A stretch of DNA of 33,988 nucleotides, taken from sequence record SRR16203515_3528; one strand, given 5' to 3'. The translations under genes were made by a program, and so were the position numbers. The notes below the pieces were generated by a model. It did no database searches. It was not told where the DNA came from and saw only the letters and a program-made list of their open reading frames with translations. How positions within the stretch are numbered: the stretch's first letter is position 1; the number at the start of each line of letters is the position of its first letter. Shown here piece by piece: positions 1 to 9,510 of this stretch.

Positions 1-135
1 TTTATCTATAGAATCAATTGTTAGAAAATTATAATCATCATAAAAATTACCTCTGCCATGAAATAATCTTTTAAACTCAAAGTTTTTATTTTCTAAGTTT
101 TTCTCAATAATCTCTTTTAATTGAGATACTTCCAT
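1..135 (-). CDS. 5' part of a probable class I SAM-dependent methyltransferase (RlmI/COG1092-like), truncated by the window edge
   Basis: Not in the ORF track. Manual translation of the minus strand from ATG at 135 gives MEVSQLKEIIEKNLENKNFEFKRLFHGRGNFYDDYNFLTIDSIDK, open to the edge. RLFHGRG is an N-terminal motif I associate with this family. The ATG directly abuts the greB stop codon. Confidence 0.6.
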   Translation of the reverse strand, partial: MEVSQLKEIIEKNLENKNFEFKRLFHGRGNFYDDYNFLTIDSIDK

Positions 136-630
136 TTATTCTGCCTTCTTAAAAATATATTTTTTTATACTTAATACTTCATATTCAAAAATATTATCAT
201 TTATTCTAAATTCAAATTCCTCACCCTGCTCTTTACCTAAAAGAGTCTTTCCTAAAGGAGATTTATTTGATATTTTATTTTCGCTTGGTTTTGTTTCATA
301 AGTTCCTACAATAATAAAACTTTTGACTTCATCACTATTTATATCTAATAGTTCTACAATTGATCCAAAATTTACTTTTATATGTGGAATTTCGTAGGTA
401 TTAATTACTTGTGCAGTTTTTATAATCTTGTCTAAAAAACGTAATCTTTTATCTATATTTCTAATCTGCTCTTTAGCTGAGATATACTCTGCATTCTCAC
501 TTCTATCCCCTAGTTGAGCGGCAATCTCTTTTTCTTTCACCCAATAAGGTTTCTCTTTTTCAAGTAAGTTTTTAAACTCTTTTACAAAAGTAAAATAGCC
601 TTGTTCTGTAATTAATTCTTTTTTTTGCAT
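136..630 (-). CDS. greB: Transcription elongation factor, GreA/GreB family (GreB-like)
   Basis: AAQLGDRSENAEY acidic tip motif, IDKRLRFL coil, C-terminal VNFGSIV...ISNKSPLGKTLLGK. GDRSENA and IDxRxRFL are GreB-type rather than GreA (GDLxENA). Confidence 0.85.
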   Translation of the reverse strand: MQKKELITEQGYFTFVKEFKNLLEKEKPYWVKEKEIAAQLGDRSENAEYISAKEQIRNIDKRLRFLDKIIKTAQVINTYEIPHIKVNFGSIVELLDINSDEVKSFIIVGTYETKPSENKISNKSPLGKTLLGKEQGEEFEFRINDNIFEYEVLSIKKYIFKKAE

Positions 631-781
631 TTGAAATTATATTAAAATATTAAAAAAAGCTTCTGAAATATAGTTATATTATATGTTATATGTACAAATC
701 TAAAAAAAAACTGTAAAATAATAAAAAAGTGTGCTTAAATATTTCTTATCTCTAATAATTTTATTTTTATAAGGAGTTAGT

Positions 782-3142
782 ATGAATAAGACAATTCCGC
801 ATCTTATTGTAATAATTATACTAATCCTAACACAAAACATCTATGCCAAACATCCTATAAAAAATAAAAACTTAAAAGATATAACTTTACAACTACAGTG
901 GAAACATCAATTTCAATTTGCAGGTTATTATATAGCAAAAGAGAAAGGTTATTACAAAGATATTGGATTAGATGTTCATATCAAAGAATACACTTATAAC
1001 AAAGATATAGTGCAAGATATACTAAATAAAAAAGCCCATTATGCAATTGGTAGATCTTCTTTAGTAATCAATAAAGCAAAAGGAGATAAAATCACCTTGC
1101 TTGCAGCTATCTTCCAATCTTCAGCTGATATTTTAATTGCTTTAAAAAATTCTAATATCTCTTCTTTAAAAGATTTAAAAAATAAAAGAATAATGATTAC
1201 AGGTAATGCTCAAAATGACCTTATCTATTTGAGCATGTTGTTCTCTAATAATATATCTATAGAAGATTTAGTCATACAAAAACACTCTTTTGATATTGAA
1301 GATTTAGTTAATAAAAATACGGATTTAATGGCATCTTATATTTCAAATGAACCCTATCGATTAAAAAAAGAGTATGGCTTAGACAGTATTGTATTTGCAC
1401 CAAAAGATTATGGTTTTGATTTTTATGGAGATATTTTATTTACACATGAAGATAGAATAAAAAGTAATACAAATGAAGTAATGAAATTCAAAAAAGCATC
1501 ATTAAAAGGATGGAAATATGCTTTTGCAAATATAGAAGAAACTATTGCCTTAATACAAGAGAAATACAATACTCAAAACAAATCTAAAGAGGCTTTACAA
1601 TACGAAGCCATAGAGTTACAAAAACTTGCATATTATAATACTAAAGAACTAGGACATTTAGATGTAAATAAAATTGAGCGAATCTATGATGCTTATAAAT
1701 TAATGGGAATTGCAAAAGAACAAATTGATTTTAAAAGTTTTATTTTTGATGATACTCAAATGAACTCAATGTTCACAAAAAAAGAAAAAGCTTTTCTAAA
1801 AAGAAAAAAAATACTAAGACTTTGTATTGACCCAAATTGGATGCCCTTTGAAATGTTTACAGATGATGGAGAATATATTGGTTTATCTTCTGAGTACTTT
1901 AAACTATTTTCAGAACAATTAAAAATACCAATTAAAGCGGTAAGAACCAATAATTGGAGTGAAACATTAGAGTATATGAAACAAAGAAAATGTGATATTT
2001 TATCTTTAGCAATGGAGACACCAAGTAGAAAACAATATATGGATTTTACTTCTGTATATATGCAAATGCCATTAGTTTTAGCTACAAAATTAAATGTAAC
2101 CTTTGTTGATAATTTTAAGCAATTAAAAAATAAAAGAATAGGTATTGTAAAAGACTACGCTTATGCAGAATTAATTAAAAACAAATTTCCTTATATTAAT
2201 ATTATTGAGGCAAAAAATACAAAAGATGGTCTTACAAAAGTTGTAAATGAAGAAATATTTGCTTTTATAGGTGCTGTTGCGGATATTAGCTATTTCACTC
2301 AAAAAGATTTTGTTGGAGAAGTTAAAATATCTGGGAAATTCAAAGAGAATCTAAATTTAAGTATTGCCGTAAGAAATGATGAGACAATGTTACTATCTAT
2401 ATTTAATAAACTTATTGGGAATCTAGAAGATAACTTTAAAAATAAAATTACAAATAAATATATGGCTATTAAATATGATCCAAAAGTTAATCACTCCTTA
2501 TTATGGAAAAGTTCTCTTATTTTTATAATTATCATTCTAATTACATTTTATTGGACATATACAATAAGAAAAGAGAAACAAAAAGCGGAACTTTTATTAA
2601 TAAAATTAGAATTTGCAAGAAATCAATTAAAAGAGAAAAACAAAGAGTTAAAACATATTGCAAGAACAGATAAATTAACAGAACTTTATAATAGAGTTAA
2701 ACTAGATGATGCCCTAATCAAAGAATTAAGTAGAGCAAATAGATATAACCACTCATTAGGAATTATTTTAATAGATATTGATAATTTCAAACAAGTAAAT
2801 GATACTTATGGTCACTTAGTAGGAGATATGGTATTAATAGATCTAGCAAAAATATTAAAAGAATATACAAGGGATATTGATATTGCAGGAAGATGGGGAG
2901 GAGAAGAGTTTATGATAATTTGTCCAGAAACAAATATTAAAGGAACAAATAAACTAGCTCACCTATTAAAAGATAAAATTGAATCCTTTGACTTTCCAGA
3001 AGCTAGAAATATAACTGCTAGTTTTGGTATTTCACAATTTAGAATAAAAGACACACCTGATGATTTAATACTTAAAGCAGATGAAGCCTTATATAAAGCA
3101 AAAAATGCAGGAAGAAACTGTGTAAGAGGATATACTAATTAA
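782..3142 (+). CDS. Membrane-bound diguanylate cyclase with NMT1/THI5-like and family-3 solute-binding periplasmic domains
   Basis: Signal peptide; LQLQWKHQFQFAGYY (NMT1/THI5-like); LCIDPNWMPFE (SBP family 3); TM helix; DKLTELYNR, IDIDNFKQVNDTYGH, RDID I-site and RWGGEEF. RBS AAGGAG upstream. Confidence 0.9.
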   Translation: MNKTIPHLIVIIILILTQNIYAKHPIKNKNLKDITLQLQWKHQFQFAGYYIAKEKGYYKDIGLDVHIKEYTYNKDIVQDILNKKAHYAIGRSSLVINKAKGDKITLLAAIFQSSADILIALKNSNISSLKDLKNKRIMITGNAQNDLIYLSMLFSNNISIEDLVIQKHSFDIEDLVNKNTDLMASYISNEPYRLKKEYGLDSIVFAPKDYGFDFYGDILFTHEDRIKSNTNEVMKFKKASLKGWKYAFANIEETIALIQEKYNTQNKSKEALQYEAIELQKLAYYNTKELGHLDVNKIERIYDAYKLMGIAKEQIDFKSFIFDDTQMNSMFTKKEKAFLKRKKILRLCIDPNWMPFEMFTDDGEYIGLSSEYFKLFSEQLKIPIKAVRTNNWSETLEYMKQRKCDILSLAMETPSRKQYMDFTSVYMQMPLVLATKLNVTFVDNFKQLKNKRIGIVKDYAYAELIKNKFPYINIIEAKNTKDGLTKVVNEEIFAFIGAVADISYFTQKDFVGEVKISGKFKENLNLSIAVRNDETMLLSIFNKLIGNLEDNFKNKITNKYMAIKYDPKVNHSLLWKSSLIFIIIILITFYWTYTIRKEKQKAELLLIKLEFARNQLKEKNKELKHIARTDKLTELYNRVKLDDALIKELSRANRYNHSLGIILIDIDNFKQVNDTYGHLVGDMVLIDLAKILKEYTRDIDIAGRWGGEEFMIICPETNIKGTNKLAHLLKDKIESFDFPEARNITASFGISQFRIKDTPDDLILKADEALYKAKNAGRNCVRGYTN

Positions 3143-5367
3143 TTTTTAATTGGTAAATCCACATAAAAACAAGCTCCATCATTGCTATTATAAACACCAA
3201 TAACTCCATTAAAGTGTTTGTTAACAATTGTTTTACACATATATAATCCTAAACCAGTACCTGATTTTTCATCTTTTGTAGAAAAATAAGGATCAAAGAT
3301 TTTATCAATAATTGATTCTTTAACTCCACCTGCATTATCAGTAAAACTCGTACGTAAAGTATTGTGAATACGATAAATTCGCACTTTTATCTCTTTTTGT
3401 TCAATATTTTTAGAGACTAAAGCTTCTTTAGCATTTTTAATTATATTAATAAACACTTGTAATAACTCCCTAGAGTGTACTTCAACACAAGATTCATCTT
3501 CCACACAGATTGTTAAAACAATATTATTATTCTCTAAAGATTTAAGCATAATTTTTAAAGTCTCATCAATTATATCTTTTGGTTTTATTATCTCTTTTTG
3601 TTTATTAGGTTTAAAAAAGTCCCTAAAATCTTCAATAGTTTGAGATAAATATTTTGTTTGATCTAATATAGATTCTGTATTCTCTTTTAACTCATCATTT
3701 TCAACCATATCAAGCTCTATATCTGCTAAAGTATTATTTGCAGCCATTGAAATAACCGAGATTGGTTGTCTCCATTGATGTGCAATCATAGAAATCATCT
3801 CACCCATTGCTGCGTGTCTTGATTGGGCTATCATCATCTCTTCTTTATCTTTTAACTCTTCTTTTAAATATACTTCTTTTGTAATCTCTTGTTTTACTGC
3901 TAGATAGTTTATGATTTCATTTTTATCATCTAAAATTGGAGTAATAATAGCAGACTTCCAAAACTCATTACCCTCTTTATTTATATTTTTAAAAGTACCT
4001 CTCCAAGTTTTTTTTGCAAGAAGAGTATCCCATAGAATATTATATTCAATAGGAGAAGTTAATTTTGATTTTAATATTCTTGGATTCTGTCCTATTGCTT
4101 CTTTATAAGTAAATCCAGTTACAGCTGAGAAATGAGGATTTACATACTCTATATTTCCTTCTATATTTGTAATTACAATAGAAATAGGAGAATGGTCAAT
4201 TGCTATTTTTAATTTAAGTAATTCATGTTCAAGTTCTTGTTGTTTAGTAATATTAGTATGAAAACCAACCATTCTTAGAGCTTTTCCATTTTCATCAAAA
4301 ATAGTTTTACCCTTATCTAATATCCATTGCCATGAGCCATCTTTATGTTTTAACCTATGTATATTCTCATATAACTCTGTTTTTCCTTCATGGTTATCTT
4401 TAATATCTCTTATGGTTTTTTCTTTATCATCTGGATGAACTCTATCCTCCCAAGATTTAAAATCATTCTCTAATTCATTATCTTTAAAACCTAATAACTC
4501 TTTCCAAATAGGTGAAAAATAAACTTCATTATTCTGTAAGTTCCAATCCCATAAACCAAGTTTAGAACCACTTACCGCATAATCATATCTATCATATAAA
4601 ATTTTATATTTATCTTTTAACTCTTTTAAATATTTTTGGTTTTTATAAATACTATTTATCACTAAAATACCTAAAACAAAAATCACTAGAGAGAAAACTA
4701 CAATTAGAAATATTTGTTTTGTATATTCTTCATCTAAATTTTCCCAGTTTTCTTCATAAAGATCCATAGGAACTGAAACACTAATTCCACCTCGAACTTC
4801 ACCCTCTTTATAACCTTGAATTGCATGACAATTTAAACAAGATTTTTCAACTATTAACTTACCCATAAAATTAAGCATATTATTCTGTTTATCTTCTTGA
4901 GTAAAGTAGTTATCGTATGTATGTTCTTCAAAATACTTTAAAGCCTCTTTTTCAAAAGCATTAGCTTTATTATCAGGGTTCAAAGGTTTTAGACTTGTGA
5001 TTTTATATTTATAATCACTTTTGGCATTCATCATTTCTGAGAGTTGTCTAGTCATCCAAGCTGGATTTATTTTTACTAATAGTTCATTATCTTTAGTATA
5101 TAAATGATTATTTGTAAGATATTTATTTGGCTTCAATCCACTTTTGGACTTAACATATATTCCACCAAACTTAGAGTTCCAAGCTCTAAAAATCTTAAGG
5201 TTTTCAAAGTGTGTTTTAGCCTCATTATAAATAGTCTTATTAAATAACTCTTTATTTGATTCATATATTTTATTTTTATTATTTAATACTGTATATGCCA
5301 TATAAAAAACAATTACAGACAAAAACAAATATGCAATATTTCTAAGTAGTTTTAAATCCATTTTCAC
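3139..5367 (-). CDS. Sensor histidine kinase with periplasmic heme-c (DUF3365/Tll0287-like) domain and two PAS domains
   Basis: Two TM segments flank a domain with GGIYV, NPAWMTRQLSE and CLNCH; PAS with GLWDWN...RVHPDD; second PAS; H-box MIAHQWRQP; N-box NIIKNAKEA; DNAGG; GTGLGL. Confidence 0.9.
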   Translation of the reverse strand: MKMDLKLLRNIAYLFLSVIVFYMAYTVLNNKNKIYESNKELFNKTIYNEAKTHFENLKIFRAWNSKFGGIYVKSKSGLKPNKYLTNNHLYTKDNELLVKINPAWMTRQLSEMMNAKSDYKYKITSLKPLNPDNKANAFEKEALKYFEEHTYDNYFTQEDKQNNMLNFMGKLIVEKSCLNCHAIQGYKEGEVRGGISVSVPMDLYEENWENLDEEYTKQIFLIVVFSLVIFVLGILVINSIYKNQKYLKELKDKYKILYDRYDYAVSGSKLGLWDWNLQNNEVYFSPIWKELLGFKDNELENDFKSWEDRVHPDDKEKTIRDIKDNHEGKTELYENIHRLKHKDGSWQWILDKGKTIFDENGKALRMVGFHTNITKQQELEHELLKLKIAIDHSPISIVITNIEGNIEYVNPHFSAVTGFTYKEAIGQNPRILKSKLTSPIEYNILWDTLLAKKTWRGTFKNINKEGNEFWKSAIITPILDDKNEIINYLAVKQEITKEVYLKEELKDKEEMMIAQSRHAAMGEMISMIAHQWRQPISVISMAANNTLADIELDMVENDELKENTESILDQTKYLSQTIEDFRDFFKPNKQKEIIKPKDIIDETLKIMLKSLENNNIVLTICVEDESCVEVHSRELLQVFINIIKNAKEALVSKNIEQKEIKVRIYRIHNTLRTSFTDNAGGVKESIIDKIFDPYFSTKDEKSGTGLGLYMCKTIVNKHFNGVIGVYNSNDGACFYVDLPIKN

Positions 5368-5369
5368 AC

Positions 5370-6509
5370 CTATGAGTATTGATATTTTGTTTTAAATTCA
5401 TCCACTAATTCTAATTCTCTTTTATAAATATACTTTTGAAGAGAGTTTTCTGTTTCTTCATTTCCTTTGATTAGTAAAACAACCTTGTAAGTATCTTCAT
5501 CTAAATCTTCAATTTTGTATACTCTAGATTCTAAATTTACATAATCAACAGAGTGCTCTTTTTCATTTTTTGAAAAAATTATCAAAAGATTAATTACATC
5601 ATGTTTTTCTAAATGAAGATTATTTCTACTAATTTCTAAAAATATCTCTTTTGTAGAAATCCCTGAAATATGAGTTTCAATTCTTTCATCTTTACCTTGA
5701 ATAACAAAAGCTTTTAGTTTATCATTTGGCTCTAGTACAATTTCTGTTCTATCTTTAAATTCAGGATGAAATAACTTCTCTTTTTTAAGAACAACTTCAT
5801 AATCTTCTAAATTCAATGAGATTAAAGAACATGCGATATCTTCACTTACTAGGGATGAATCTAAAATAGCACTATGTTCATGTTTTGCTGCTAATAATTG
5901 AAGATGTGTTGTTCTAAGAGTGATTTTATCTTCATCTATATTTAGTATTTTTCCACTATTAATAATAGGTACACCTTTATAGTGATTAATAATATCAATT
6001 TTCATACTATTCTCAAAAAGAAAAGTCAAAATATCATTATCTCCTAAATCAGGAGAAGTAATTTCATTCTTTTTAAACTCTTCTAATTGAAACTCTTTTC
6101 TTTTAATATTTGATAGTACTTTCAAAAATACAGTTATCATTTTTACAGCATTTACAGGTTTAGCAATAAAATCACTAACCCCTATATGAAAAGATTTCAT
6201 TAAGGTCTCAGTATCTGAGTGTGCTGATAAGATTACAATTTCTACATCTGGATTTATTTTTTTTATTTCTCGAATCATTTCATGCCCAGTCATTTTGGGC
6301 ATTGTAAGATCTGTTAGTACCACATCAGGTCTATTTTTTTTGTATAATTCTAGTCCTTCTTGTCCATCAGAAGCTACTATTACTTCTTTAAACAATTTAT
6401 TTAAAAACTTAACTACTTGTTTTTGTAAGGCTTGACTATCTTCTACAAATAAAATAGTGTAACTTTGAGCTATCTCTTTTAATTTAACTATACTTTCCAT
6501 ACTATCCAT
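5370..6509 (-). CDS. Response regulator with N-terminal REC domain and degenerate PilZ-like C-terminal region
   Basis: LFVEDS, VLTDLTMPKMTG (phospho-Asp), LSAH, FIAKP. The C-terminal part (HYKGVPI ... LQKYIYKRELEL) resembles the PilZ-associated module of Campylobacterota regulators. Confidence 0.85.
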   Translation of the reverse strand: MDSMESIVKLKEIAQSYTILFVEDSQALQKQVVKFLNKLFKEVIVASDGQEGLELYKKNRPDVVLTDLTMPKMTGHEMIREIKKINPDVEIVILSAHSDTETLMKSFHIGVSDFIAKPVNAVKMITVFLKVLSNIKRKEFQLEEFKKNEITSPDLGDNDILTFLFENSMKIDIINHYKGVPIINSGKILNIDEDKITLRTTHLQLLAAKHEHSAILDSSLVSEDIACSLISLNLEDYEVVLKKEKLFHPEFKDRTEIVLEPNDKLKAFVIQGKDERIETHISGISTKEIFLEISRNNLHLEKHDVINLLIIFSKNEKEHSVDYVNLESRVYKIEDLDEDTYKVVLLIKGNEETENSLQKYIYKRELELVDEFKTKYQYS

Positions 6510-6517
6510 AATAAATC

Positions 6518-7363
6518 CTAAGAATTTTTATAATTAATAGATAATCTATCAATTACATTTTTTAATTTTTCAAAATCCAAATCATAATCTTTCGCTTTTA
6601 ATAAAGCTAATTGAATATTATCACTTGACATTGGACGCTTGAAGGAACAAAGAGTATTTATAACACTTAATACACTAACAGCTTTTTTATTAGAAGTATT
6701 TAAATAAGGATTTTCCATATAAAAAATCATATCTAAACTTTTTTGATCAAAACCCCAATCTTTTAAAACCATTGAACTTAGCTCACAAGAGCTCATACCT
6801 ACAAAATCTCTCTCAACTTTTGAAATATCACTATTTTTATAAATGGCTTTAAATTTATTGATTTTATTTTCTTGTTTTAAATAAGATGAAATAATAAACT
6901 TTCCAATATTGTGTAAAAAAATAGGAATGATTAAATCCTCTTTTAATTCAGCATCACTTTCATCAAGCCAATCTAACATTACTTTAAAAGAGAGTTCATT
7001 TATTAAATTAAATTTATTATAAGTTATATCATAAGCATCTAAATCAAATTTTAATGTATTATTTACAATCTCACTTATACAAACAGCTATTGTAAAATTC
7101 ATTCCATATAAACTAATAGCTTGTCCTGGAGTATCAATAGTATTAGTAAAACCAAAGAATTTAGAATTTGCAAGATGTAGTATTCTTGAAGTCAAAATAG
7201 GATCTCTATGTATTAACTCTAAAAGTTTTTTGGTGTCGTAATTTTCATTTGATTTTAAATTTAAAAGTAAAGTTACAATATTTGGTAAGATTGGTAGTTT
7301 TTTTAAGTTTTTTTCTAATATTAACATAGCGTTATACTTTATTATTTCTTTATATAATAACAT
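6518..7363 (-). CDS. HDOD domain protein
   Basis: LPILPNIV, DPILTSRILHLANSKFFGF, AISLYG, FLHNIGK, KDWGF motifs. The true start may be the second Met (MLILEK). Confidence 0.88.
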   Translation of the reverse strand: MLLYKEIIKYNAMLILEKNLKKLPILPNIVTLLLNLKSNENYDTKKLLELIHRDPILTSRILHLANSKFFGFTNTIDTPGQAISLYGMNFTIAVCISEIVNNTLKFDLDAYDITYNKFNLINELSFKVMLDWLDESDAELKEDLIIPIFLHNIGKFIISSYLKQENKINKFKAIYKNSDISKVERDFVGMSSCELSSMVLKDWGFDQKSLDMIFYMENPYLNTSNKKAVSVLSVINTLCSFKRPMSSDNIQLALLKAKDYDLDFEKLKNVIDRLSINYKNS

Positions 7364-7489
7364 TATTTTTCAATTAATAAATTTAATATGTGTATAAAAT
7401 AAAAGATAAAGTTGATTATTTAAGTTTTAATTACACAAAAAGTAAATAAATTTTACTTATAATATATAAAATCCTAAAAAAGAGATGAT

Positions 7490-8857
7490 ATGAAAAATTA
7501 TGATTTAATAGTAATTGGAGCAGGTAGAGCTGCCAATTTAGCAGTAAAAGCAGGGAAACTAGGAAAAAAAGTAGCTATCATAGAAAAATCTAAATTAGGT
7601 GGAACATGCCCAAATAGAGGATGTGTACCATCAAAACTAATTATAGGTTATGCTCATGTGGCAAGAGCAATTAAAGAATCAAAAAGACATTTTATTGACT
7701 CAACAATAAACAATATAGATATAAATAAAATATTTGAAGAAACAAATAACTACCTTTCAAAAATCGATCCAAGATATGAAAGTAGATTTAATGAAAATGT
7801 AACAGTATATAGAGGAAGTGCAAGTTTTATCTCCGATAAGGTAATAGAAGTTGATGATGAAAGATTAACAGCTGATAATATATTAATAGCAACAGGAACT
7901 AGACCAATTGAACCTGCCCATGAAAAAGCATGGAGTAGTGATGATATATTTCCTTTCAAAAAAGAGATTCCAAAATCAATAACAATAGTAGGTTCTGGAT
8001 TTATTGCTTGTGAATTAGCAAACTTCTTTGATGCAGTTGGAATAAAAACAAAACTAATTGCTAGAGGAGATAAACTTCTTAGTGCCGAAGATAAAGATAT
8101 TTCAGAGATATTTAAAGATGAATTTACAAAAAATGTAGATGTATCATTTAATACAACAATAAAAGATATTAAACATGAAAATAATGAATTTGATTTAGTA
8201 TTAGAAAATAAAGATGGAACAAAAGTAAGCCATAAAAGTGAAGCTTTATTATATGCCACAGGAAGAGTCTCAAACGCTGATTTATTAAATCTTGAAAATA
8301 CAAATATTAAAACAAATGAACGAGGATTTATCAAAAGAAATGAGTACTTTGAAACATCAGTTAGTGGAGTTTATGTTACAGGTGATGCAAGTGGAGAAAA
8401 TATGCTTCAACACGCAGCAGCTTACGAAGTAAACTATCTTGGAAAGATTTTATATGAAAATGAACCAAGTCCTTTAAAATTCAAATATATGCCACATGCA
8501 GTATTTTCAGACCCTGAAATTGCAAGTGTTGGAATAACTGAGCAAAAAGCACAAGAAAGTGGAATTAACTATGTTACATCAACAACAAATTGGTTAGCAA
8601 GTGCAAAAGCTATGTCAACAAGATTAGATTATCCTAGAACTAAATTTATTATAAATCCAAACACTTATGAAATTTTAGGTTGTCATTTAATTGGACCTGA
8701 AAGCTCAACTATGATGCATCAAATATTAAGTGTAATGCATATAGAAAATGATATTAGACATTTAAAAGATATGTTATATATCCACCCTGCTTTAAGTGAA
8801 GCTATCTTACCAGCAGCAGTTCAAGCAGTAATTGAAGTGGAAAAATATAACAACTAA
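7490..8857 (+). CDS. Class I pyridine nucleotide-disulfide oxidoreductase (dihydrolipoamide dehydrogenase / mycothione reductase-like)
   Basis: YDLIVIGAG FAD motif, GGTCPNRGCVPSK redox-active CxxxxC, VGSGFIACE, ATGR, TGD, C-terminal HPALSE His-Glu pair. Confidence 0.88.
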   Translation: MKNYDLIVIGAGRAANLAVKAGKLGKKVAIIEKSKLGGTCPNRGCVPSKLIIGYAHVARAIKESKRHFIDSTINNIDINKIFEETNNYLSKIDPRYESRFNENVTVYRGSASFISDKVIEVDDERLTADNILIATGTRPIEPAHEKAWSSDDIFPFKKEIPKSITIVGSGFIACELANFFDAVGIKTKLIARGDKLLSAEDKDISEIFKDEFTKNVDVSFNTTIKDIKHENNEFDLVLENKDGTKVSHKSEALLYATGRVSNADLLNLENTNIKTNERGFIKRNEYFETSVSGVYVTGDASGENMLQHAAAYEVNYLGKILYENEPSPLKFKYMPHAVFSDPEIASVGITEQKAQESGINYVTSTTNWLASAKAMSTRLDYPRTKFIINPNTYEILGCHLIGPESSTMMHQILSVMHIENDIRHLKDMLYIHPALSEAILPAAVQAVIEVEKYNN

Positions 8858-9462
8858 TATTTTGTATAAAAATTTGTAATTATTATTGAAAGGGCAGAAA
8901 AAATAAGGATACTTCCCATAAGTATATTAAAACCTTGCAATCGTTTATTTGTACTAAAAAAACGTGTTGCTTTTTGCCCTAAAACACCCCAAAAAGATAA
9001 AGATATATAACATACAAAAAAATACATACATACAAAAATAATCAAAGCTGTTTTACTTTGAGAAAACATTGAAACACCTGAAATTGAGGCTATCCAAGCT
9101 TTTGGATTAAGCCATTGTAATAAAAAACCTTCATGGAACTTAAGATATTTTAAATCTTCATCTTTGACTTCCAAAGAAGCTTTTGAGTTTGCAATTTTAT
9201 ATCCCATATAACAAATAAATAAAGCACCAAAAATTTCTAAAATTAAAAAAACATCTGTATATTGTTCATATATTGAAGATAAACCAAGTGCAATTAGAAT
9301 TAAAAGTAATGTAAATCCTATAGTTGCCCCAGAAATAAATGAAAAAGTTTTTGAAAAACCATGATTAATACCTGAAGTTACAATCATAATATTTACAGGT
9401 CCAGGCGTTATTGACATAGCAAGAGAAAAAGAAAACATTGCTAAAAAAATAGTTTGTGTCAT
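8854..9462 (-). CDS. LysE/RhtB family amino acid exporter
   Basis: SITPGPVN and GFLLQWLNPKAW signatures, about six hydrophobic segments. Confidence 0.9.
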   Translation of the reverse strand: MTQTIFLAMFSFSLAMSITPGPVNIMIVTSGINHGFSKTFSFISGATIGFTLLLILIALGLSSIYEQYTDVFLILEIFGALFICYMGYKIANSKASLEVKDEDLKYLKFHEGFLLQWLNPKAWIASISGVSMFSQSKTALIIFVCMYFFVCYISLSFWGVLGQKATRFFSTNKRLQGFNILMGSILIFSALSIIITNFYTKY

Positions 9463-9510
9463 AAAAATCCTTTATATTAAAAGATAAGTATAAAGAATTT
9501 AAAAAAATAT

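Noticed and set aside
3139-3142. Overlapping stop codons of convergent genes (also 8854-8857)
   Set aside because: This is common in compact AT-rich genomes and is no evidence of regulation by itself.
7440-7463. Inverted repeat AAGTAAA-N5-TTTACTT next to TATAAT upstream of the disulfide reductase
   Set aside because: It is short and almost all A/T, so it cannot be distinguished from chance at this base composition.
7750-8334. 194-aa antisense ORF, and the other shadow ORFs (1756, 3911, 12303, 12664, 15636, 17025, 17219, 17676, 18051, 19645, 20236, 21087, 22156, 23601, 26431, 26764, 27655, 29929, 31214)
   Set aside because: They overlap well-supported genes, have Ser/Phe/Ile-rich antisense-type or otherwise unrecognisable composition, and show no motifs.
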